This document shows positions 58,067 through 64,000 of a stretch of DNA of 64,000 bases, in pieces. Position 1 is the first letter of the stretch, and each line of letters starts with the position of its first letter. The position numbers and the translations under genes were made by a program. The stretch spans positions 17,675-81,674 of the forward strand of contig CAZOHG010000004.1 of NCBI GenBank assembly GCA_964579725.1, given 5' to 3'. The notes below the pieces were generated by a model. It had not been told where the DNA came from. It worked only from the letters and a program-made list of their open reading frames with translations, and did no database searches. Source of the stretch: an uncultured Deferribacteres bacterium. Its GTDB lineage: Bacteria > Zhuqueibacterota > JdFR-76 > BMS3Abin05.

Positions 58067-58951
58067 CTACACTCGTTCGATGCGCTCTAAACCAAATAGC
58101 CCGTAGGGCTTGATCATCAGGACAATCACCAAAATAATGAACGGGAAGATTTCCTTCACGCCGCCGCCAAAAAAGGGGTCGAGATACCCGCCCGCCAGAT
58201 TTTCCAAAATACCGATGGTCAATCCGCCCACAATGGCTCCGGGGATGGAATCCAGCCCGCCCAAAATAACCACAGGGAACACCCGCAGGCCCATCATGCT
58301 CAGGCTAATATTGACGCCGTTAATGTTTCCAATCACAATTCCTCCCACGGCTGCCACCAAAGCAGCGATGGCCCATGCCAATCCGTAAATCCGCTTAATG
58401 CTAATGCCCATGGAAAGCGCCGCGTCCTCGTCGTCGGCGGCAGCACGCATGGCAATACCTTCGTTGGTAAATTTAAAAAACAGGGTAAAAATTCCGAGAA
58501 AAAGAATGGCCAAAACAAAACTCCACACGTACACCTGTGAGAGCACAATTCCGCCGATGTTAAGTGGTTTGGTGGGGAAAATCGGCGGGAACACGCGTGT
58601 TTCCGTGCCCCAAATGACCTCGACCAAACCTCGCAAAAAACTGGACAATCCGATCGTCAGCATAATAATAGACAGAACCGATTCACCAATCATAGGCCGG
58701 AGAAAAAAGCGTTCAATCAGAAGTCCGACCAAAACGGCAATGACCAGCGTTAGCAAAAAAGCCAGCAAAAACGGCACTTTGTAGGTTGTGGAGAGGGAGA
58801 GACAGATAAAAGCCCCGACAAGAACCAGTTCCCCCTGCGCAAAATTAATCACACGGCTGGATTTGTAAATGAGCACAAACCCGAGGGCAACCAATGCGTA
58901 CACACTGCCTACCACCAAGCCGGTTACCAGAAGTTGCAGGAAAAAAATCAT
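58067..58951 (-). CDS. livH: branched-chain amino acid-type ABC permease (LivH-like)
   Basis: A polytopic permease, 294 aa, LivH-type. Confidence 0.8.
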   Translation of the reverse strand: MIFFLQLLVTGLVVGSVYALVALGFVLIYKSSRVINFAQGELVLVGAFICLSLSTTYKVPFLLAFLLTLVIAVLVGLLIERFFLRPMIGESVLSIIMLTIGLSSFLRGLVEVIWGTETRVFPPIFPTKPLNIGGIVLSQVYVWSFVLAILFLGIFTLFFKFTNEGIAMRAAADDEDAALSMGISIKRIYGLAWAIAALVAAVGGIVIGNINGVNISLSMMGLRVFPVVILGGLDSIPGAIVGGLTIGILENLAGGYLDPFFGGGVKEIFPFIILVIVLMIKPYGLFGLERIERV

Positions 58952-60897
58952 ACACGGTCCTCGTTTTTGGCTTTGCTCAATTTAGTCCCTTGTGCGGCGT
59001 CCATAAATTCCAGCCGAAGATTGGTTCGAATACGCGCTTCGCGCCCGTCGCGGTACTTTACTTGTGCCTCTACCTCGCACCGGTTCTGATCGCTGTACAG
59101 CGCTTCCACCAAAATTTTGTACCGCTCTTCGATAAAACCCCGCCGCACTTTTTTGGTGCGTGTCAATTCGTTGTCGTCCGCGTCCAATTCCTTGTGCAAA
59201 ATAACGAATTTCCGAATTCGGGCACGCTGCGGCAGTTCACGGTTCACCCGTTCTACATCTTGCCGAATCAGCTCGTAAACCTCCGGCTTCTGCGACAAGT
59301 CCACGTACGTGGTGTAGGGGATTCGGTGCATTTCGGCCCACTTGCCCACATTGGCCATTTCGATATTAATAAAAGCCGTCACATAATCGCGTCCCTTGCC
59401 AAAGGCAACGGCTTCTTTTATGTAGGGACTGAATTTGAGTTTATTTTCGATGTACTGGGGCGAAAATCGACTGCCGTCGGAAAGTTTCATAATGTCTTTG
59501 ACCCGATCGAACATGATGAGATGACCGTCGGCATCAATCTCCCCGGCGTCTCCGGAATGAAGCCAGCCGTCCCGCAGCGCTTCCTCGGTAGATTTGGGGT
59601 CCCGGTAATAACCCACAAAAACACTGGGACTTTTGGAGAGAATCTCCCCGTCTTCGGAGATGCGGATTTCGGTTTCGGGAATGGGCTTGCCCACTGTGTC
59701 GAACTTAATGTCGCCGTCCCGGTGTACCACGGAGATGCCCGAAATCTCCGTTTGCCCGTAGATTTGTTTCAGATTGACTCCAATGGCGTGGTAAAATCGA
59801 AAAACGTCGGGGCCCAGTGCCGCCCCGCCCGTGTAGGCGTACCGAATGCGAGACAAACCGATTCGATCTCGCAACGCCCGAAAAACAAGAAAATCGGCTA
59901 ACTTACCGAGAATTTTCCACCCCAAACTGGGTTTTTGTTTGGCGAATTTCAAGTCTGCCAGATGGCGCCCGATTTTCATGGAAAAATTGTAAACCGCTCG
60001 TTTGAATCGGGTGGTGTCCGCAATTTTAACCTGAATGTCCGAGAGAATGCTTTCCCAAATGCGGGGCGGTGAAAACATGACCTGCGGCGCAATTTCCCGA
60101 ATATTGTCCCGGACGGTTTCCGGCTCTTCGGGGAAATTGACAGTAAAGCCAATGGCCAGGGCACCCGCCACGCAGGTCATTTGCTCGCCCACCCAGGCCA
60201 GCGGCAAAAAGGAGACAAAATTGTCGCTTTCCCGGAGGGGGTCGACTTTCATGGAAAGATTCTCCGCCATTTTGATCAGATTTCGGTGAGTTAACATCAC
60301 CAGTTTGGGTCGTCCCGTGGTTCCGGAGGTGGTCAAAAACAGAGCCAGATCGTCCCCTTTTCCTTCTTCTACACGCGATTCAAATTCACCGGGATGGGTT
60401 TTGTCGTAGGCCGCGCCCAATTTTTCCACATCCTGAAAACTCATGAGCCAGGGATCGTGGTAAAAACGCATGCCTTTTGGATCCCAGTAGATCACCCGTT
60501 GAACCTGTGGCAGGCGGTCTTTGATTTCCAGAAGCTTGTCCACCTGCTCCTGGTCTTCGGCAATTACGTACCGGGATTCGGAAAAATCGGCCACAAATTG
60601 GATTTCTTCCGGGGTGGAATCCTGGTAAATTCCCACTGCAATTCCGCCCAGTGATTGGGCTCCCAGTTCCGCGTACACCCATTCCGGCTCGTTGTCGCCG
60701 ATAATGGAAATTTTGTCACCGCGCTCGAAGCCTAACGTCCAGAGCCCCAAAGCAAAATATTTCACGTGTTCCAGATAACCGGCCCAAGTGACCTCATTCC
60801 AAATACCGAAATCCTTTTCGCGAAGAGCCACCCGCCTCGCCCCGTACTGTTTGGCCTTCACCAACAGGAGCTTCGGAAAAGTTTCGGCCAATTCCAT
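58948..60897 (-). CDS. AMP-dependent acyl-CoA synthetase (long-chain-fatty-acid-CoA ligase family) embedded in the ABC operon
   Basis: The AMP-binding motif TSGTTGRPK and motifs II/III (YGQTE, GWLHSGD) are present. It overlaps both neighbours by 1-4 nt. Confidence 0.85.
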   Translation of the reverse strand: MELAETFPKLLLVKAKQYGARRVALREKDFGIWNEVTWAGYLEHVKYFALGLWTLGFERGDKISIIGDNEPEWVYAELGAQSLGGIAVGIYQDSTPEEIQFVADFSESRYVIAEDQEQVDKLLEIKDRLPQVQRVIYWDPKGMRFYHDPWLMSFQDVEKLGAAYDKTHPGEFESRVEEGKGDDLALFLTTSGTTGRPKLVMLTHRNLIKMAENLSMKVDPLRESDNFVSFLPLAWVGEQMTCVAGALAIGFTVNFPEEPETVRDNIREIAPQVMFSPPRIWESILSDIQVKIADTTRFKRAVYNFSMKIGRHLADLKFAKQKPSLGWKILGKLADFLVFRALRDRIGLSRIRYAYTGGAALGPDVFRFYHAIGVNLKQIYGQTEISGISVVHRDGDIKFDTVGKPIPETEIRISEDGEILSKSPSVFVGYYRDPKSTEEALRDGWLHSGDAGEIDADGHLIMFDRVKDIMKLSDGSRFSPQYIENKLKFSPYIKEAVAFGKGRDYVTAFINIEMANVGKWAEMHRIPYTTYVDLSQKPEVYELIRQDVERVNRELPQRARIRKFVILHKELDADDNELTRTKKVRRGFIEERYKILVEALYSDQNRCEVEAQVKYRDGREARIRTNLRLEFMDAAQGTKLSKAKNEDRV

Positions 60898-61667
60898 TAA
60901 ACCTCCGCCTCCTGTCCAAGGTACGCTTCAATTACCCGTCGATTCCTCTTGACCTCGTCGGGGCTTCCTTCGGCGATTTTAATGCCGAAATCCAGCACAC
61001 ACACGCGGTTGGAAATGTCCATGACCACCCCCATGTCGTGTTCAATCAGCACAACGGTAATGTCCCACTCTTCGTTAATGTCAATAATGAACCGGGCAAT
61101 GTCTTCCTTTTCTTCCATGTTCATCCCGGCCATGGGTTCGTCCATTAAAATTAGTTTCGGGCGAAGCGCCAGGGCTCTACCGATCTCCAAACGTTTCTGT
61201 AAACCGTAGGAGAGAGTTCCCACGACTTTATTTCGAATGGACTCAATCTCCAGAAAGTCAATAATGTCTTCAATAAATTTGCGTTCGCGGATTTCTTCCT
61301 TTTCGGCAAATCCGTAATAAATTCCCCCCAAAAGCGCTCCCGCTTTCAGATGATTGTGCGAGCCCAGCATGAGGTTGTCCAGTGTGGTCATCCCTTTGAA
61401 GAGTTCAATATTTTGAAAGGTGCGGGCAATGCCCAATTGGGCACGTTTGTGCGTAGGCAAGTGGGAAATATCTTTGCCGTCGAAAAGAATGGAGCCTTTT
61501 TGCGGACGGTACAGGCCACTAATGGAATTGAGCAGGCTGGTTTTTCCCGCTCCGTTCGGCCCAATGATGGCAAAAATTTCTCCGTCCTGAACGGACAAAC
61601 TGACATCGGTGAGTGCGTTCACTCCCCCAAAATGCAACGAAACGTTCCGAACCTCTAAAATAGCCAT
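60897..61667 (-). CDS. livG: branched-chain amino acid-type ABC transporter ATP-binding protein (LivG-like)
   Basis: It starts at MAILEVRNV (ATG at 61667). Walker A GPNGAGKTS and the signature LSYGLQKRLEIGRAL are present. Confidence 0.85.
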   Translation of the reverse strand: MAILEVRNVSLHFGGVNALTDVSLSVQDGEIFAIIGPNGAGKTSLLNSISGLYRPQKGSILFDGKDISHLPTHKRAQLGIARTFQNIELFKGMTTLDNLMLGSHNHLKAGALLGGIYYGFAEKEEIRERKFIEDIIDFLEIESIRNKVVGTLSYGLQKRLEIGRALALRPKLILMDEPMAGMNMEEKEDIARFIIDINEEWDITVVLIEHDMGVVMDISNRVCVLDFGIKIAEGSPDEVKRNRRVIEAYLGQEAEV

Positions 61668-62053
61668 ATAATAATGGGTACCAAATCGTAAAAAACGGAA
61701 TGCTGTACAGGCCAAAATCGATTTTGCCTGCTATGGTGATTTCAGCCCATCTATTCAGAAACTGCCCCTTGGCCGGGCAGGGAATCACGCAGTTCGATTT
61801 TCGCTCTAATCTTCCGAATGAATCGGTGTAGCGAAAATCAACAGAATGAGGTGTTTAAAATATACATATTTGAAAAATTTCTGTCAAGGGAAAATTCCCC
61901 GATTTGGCCCGACCAGTGAAATTCTCCCCTAAAAATTCCTTGATTCTTTTTTCTTCTCCCCCTAAATTAAGGGGTAGTTGGGGCAAAACAACTTTTTCCC
62001 TTGTGCCTTTGCTCGAAAAGCAACGGCGGCAATTTCAACTGACAGGCATTCAA

Positions 62054-62767
62054 ATGGCAGATTCTCCCGTTTATTCGGCTTTGGCCTTCGATGTGCTCCA
62101 CACCCTTGTGGACGATTCCGGATTCCCGCGCCACATTCTCTGGCGGTTTATGGAAGAGAGCGGGGAACAGGTCAATTTAGACCACTATTTTCGGCAATAC
62201 GATGCCCTGGGACGCGAGCTTTTTGATTGGCCTTCCATTCACCCGTTCGTTCCCATTCGCGAACTCCACCGCCGCCGCATTCGTCGCCTCTATTCCGACT
62301 ACGGAGTGGTACGCAATGTGGAAAAAGACCTTGACCGGTTGTGGGAATTCATGGGCACCAGCAAACTTTACCCGGACGTTCCCGAGATTCTCCCACAGTT
62401 AGCCAACCATTTTCGATTGGCGCTTCTTTCCAATGCCGATCGTGACGATCCCCTCATTCGTAAATTGATGGGTCTTGGCTATCGATTTGAGGTCATTTTA
62501 ACGTCGGAAGAATTGGGATGCTACAAACCGTGTCGGGCCATTTTCGACGCCCTGCTCAGCAAGTTGGAACTTCCGGCCGAACGGGTGCTTTTAGTAGGGG
62601 ATTCCCCTCAAGCGGACATTGTGGGCGCCCATCGCGCCGGAATGCCGGTGGCCTGGCTCAATCGCCGTCGCCAAAAACTCCCCCCAGGCACTCCGAAGCC
62701 TACATACGAGTTTTTTAGTCTGACCGAACTGTGGAAGTTCCTGCAGTCGGCCATGACCAAAGACTAA
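62054..62767 (+). CDS. HAD-superfamily hydrolase
   Basis: The likely start is MADSPVYSALAFDVLHTLVDD (ATG at 62054). The C-terminal motif is LVGDSPQADIVGA..AG. Confidence 0.65.
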   Translation: MADSPVYSALAFDVLHTLVDDSGFPRHILWRFMEESGEQVNLDHYFRQYDALGRELFDWPSIHPFVPIRELHRRRIRRLYSDYGVVRNVEKDLDRLWEFMGTSKLYPDVPEILPQLANHFRLALLSNADRDDPLIRKLMGLGYRFEVILTSEELGCYKPCRAIFDALLSKLELPAERVLLVGDSPQADIVGAHRAGMPVAWLNRRRQKLPPGTPKPTYEFFSLTELWKFLQSAMTKD

Positions 62768-63013
62768 GATTTCTGACGGAAAAGTCCTGTCCGCAGGGAA
62801 AATGAAAAATCGGTTGTTTTTTCCCCTGATTTTCATTACATTGTGGTCAAAATAGGGGATAAAATGATTCTTCCGGTATCCAGAGAAAATCCGTCGGGGA
62901 TTTTTCTCAATCAGAAAAGGGATTGAAACCGCGACAAACGTTTTCACTTCCTTTTTGAGAACTATTTATTTTGCGAAATTCCGTCATCTGAAACAAACAA
63001 AAGGAGACCATTT

Positions 63014-64000
63014 ATGATTCGAGCTCGCATTACGGGCGTCGGGCGTTACGTTCCGCCCCGCGTTGTCACCAACCACGACCTTGAAAAAATGATGGACACC
63101 AGTGACCAGTGGATCCGTGAAAGAAGCGGTATTGTGGAACGGCACTGGGTGGATGAACATACGGCCACCTCCGATTTGGCCGTGGAAGCTGCCAAAATCG
63201 CATTGGAAAATGCCGGCAAAAAGCCCGAAGAAGTGGATTTCATTATTTTCGCAACCCTTAGCCCCGATTACTTTTTCCCGGGCGGCGGCGTCCTTTTGCA
63301 GGACAAACTGGGCATGCCTCCGGTGGGGGCTCTGGATGTTCGCAACCAGTGCTCCGGTTTCATGTACGCCCTGTCCACGGCGGACGCCTTTGTTCGTTCC
63401 GGCGTGTACAAAACGATTTTGGTCGTTGGCGCCGAAGTCCAATCCAAGGGTTTAAATCTGACCACGGAAGGCCGAGATGTGGCCGTGCTGTTCGGAGACG
63501 GTGCGGGAGCGGTGGTGGTCGAAGCGTTTGAAGGCGACGAGACCCAGGGCATTTTGACCACACACCTGCATTCGCAGGGCAAGTACGCCACCTATTTGTG
63601 GACAGAGGCACCGGGAAGTGCTCACAAGCACCACATTACCCACGAACTGATCGACGAAGGCCGCACCTTCCCCAAAATGAAGGGCCGTGACGTCTTCAAA
63701 CATTCCGTCGTCCGGTTTCCGGAGGTCATTCTGGAGGCGCTGAATGCGATTCACGCCAGCATTGACGACGTTGATTTGGTTATTCCTCACCAGGCTAATT
63801 TACGGATTTCGGAAGCCATGCGGCAGCGGCTCGGCTTGCCGCCGGAAAAGGTGTACAACAACATCCAGCGGTACGGCAACACCACGGCTGCCACTATTCC
63901 CATTGCCCTGAGTGAAGTATTGGAACAGGGACTCTTGAAAGAGGGTGATTTGCTGATTCTGGCCGCTTTTGGCTCGGGCTTTACCTGGGCTTCTGCTGCC
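63014..64000 (+). CDS. fabH: 3-oxoacyl-ACP synthase III (FabH), 3'-truncated at window end
   Basis: An RBS AAGGAG lies 7 nt before ATG 63014. The frame is open to nt 64000, which is why the stop-bounded ORF track omits it. My own translation shows MIRARITGVGRYVPPRV..., the Cys motif NQCSGF, the His motif HQAN and the Asn motif GNTTAAT. Confidence 0.9.
   Translation, partial: MIRARITGVGRYVPPRVVTNHDLEKMMDTSDQWIRERSGIVERHWVDEHTATSDLAVEAAKIALENAGKKPEEVDFIIFATLSPDYFFPGGGVLLQDKLGMPPVGALDVRNQCSGFMYALSTADAFVRSGVYKTILVVGAEVQSKGLNLTTEGRDVAVLFGDGAGAVVVEAFEGDETQGILTTHLHSQGKYATYLWTEAPGSAHKHHITHELIDEGRTFPKMKGRDVFKHSVVRFPEVILEALNAIHASIDDVDLVIPHQANLRISEAMRQRLGLPPEKVYNNIQRYGNTTAATIPIALSEVLEQGLLKEGDLLILAAFGSGFTWASAA

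Noticed and set aside
1-64000. CRISPR arrays, insertion sequences, integrases, prophage genes
   Set aside because: I saw no direct-repeat/spacer arrays, transposase-like ORFs, recombinase motifs or phage structural genes on either strand.

Overview
The window is a moderate-GC bacterial chromosomal segment. A T9SS-type C-terminal sorting domain, a tricorn-like protease and Pel-type genes suggest an FCB-group or candidate-phylum organism; this is inference. It is densely coding on both strands. Read left to right:

- (1) A 5'-truncated HGSNAT/DUF1624-like membrane acyltransferase, a GH42-like TIM-barrel protein and an ADP-ribosylglycohydrolase.
- (2) tmRNA (ssrA) with its terminator.
- (3) A 1,739-aa fusion of a Hanks Ser/Thr kinase, an AAA_16/TPR module, a GAF domain, a sigma-54 activator AAA+ domain and a Fis-type HTH. 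Its GAFTGA motif reads RVATGV.
- (4) A sigma-54-type promoter (TGGTAT-N5-TTGCA) with two palindromic upstream sites. It drives a small Sec-secreted protein made only of 12-aa tandem repeats (SGPRDIPVGGI[M/A]). The repeat copies are identical in protein but differ by synonymous codons.
- (5) Two small thioredoxin-fold proteins without CxxC.
- (6) A 999-aa secreted beta-helix, calcium-repeat protein with a T9SS C-terminal sorting domain, tRNA-Met(CAU), an acyl-CoA dehydrogenase, a SurA/PrsA-type PPIase lipoprotein and a tricorn-like protease.
- (7) A Pel-like exopolysaccharide locus: a GH114 hydrolase, a tandem-STAS protein, a PelD-like c-di-GMP receptor with a degenerate GGDEF but an intact RxxD site, a TPR/HEAT protein, a large exported deacetylase-like protein, PelF-like GT4, PelG-like transporter and a PelB-like TPR/beta-barrel protein.
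- (8) A sodium:solute symporter, an alpha/beta-hydrolase lipoprotein and a 1,292-aa GH38-like mannosidase.
- (9) A TolC–MacA–MacB efflux operon, a Yip1 protein, PTS genes (IIC, IID-Man, HPr, EI), a polyprenyl synthase, an orphan FtsX permease, a GNAT, a CBS/ACT protein and PaaK.
- (10) A Liv-type ABC operon with an AMP-forming acyl-CoA synthetase embedded, a HAD hydrolase, and a 3'-truncated fabH at the window end (absent from the ORF track because it has no stop).

No CRISPR arrays, insertion sequences or integrases were seen.
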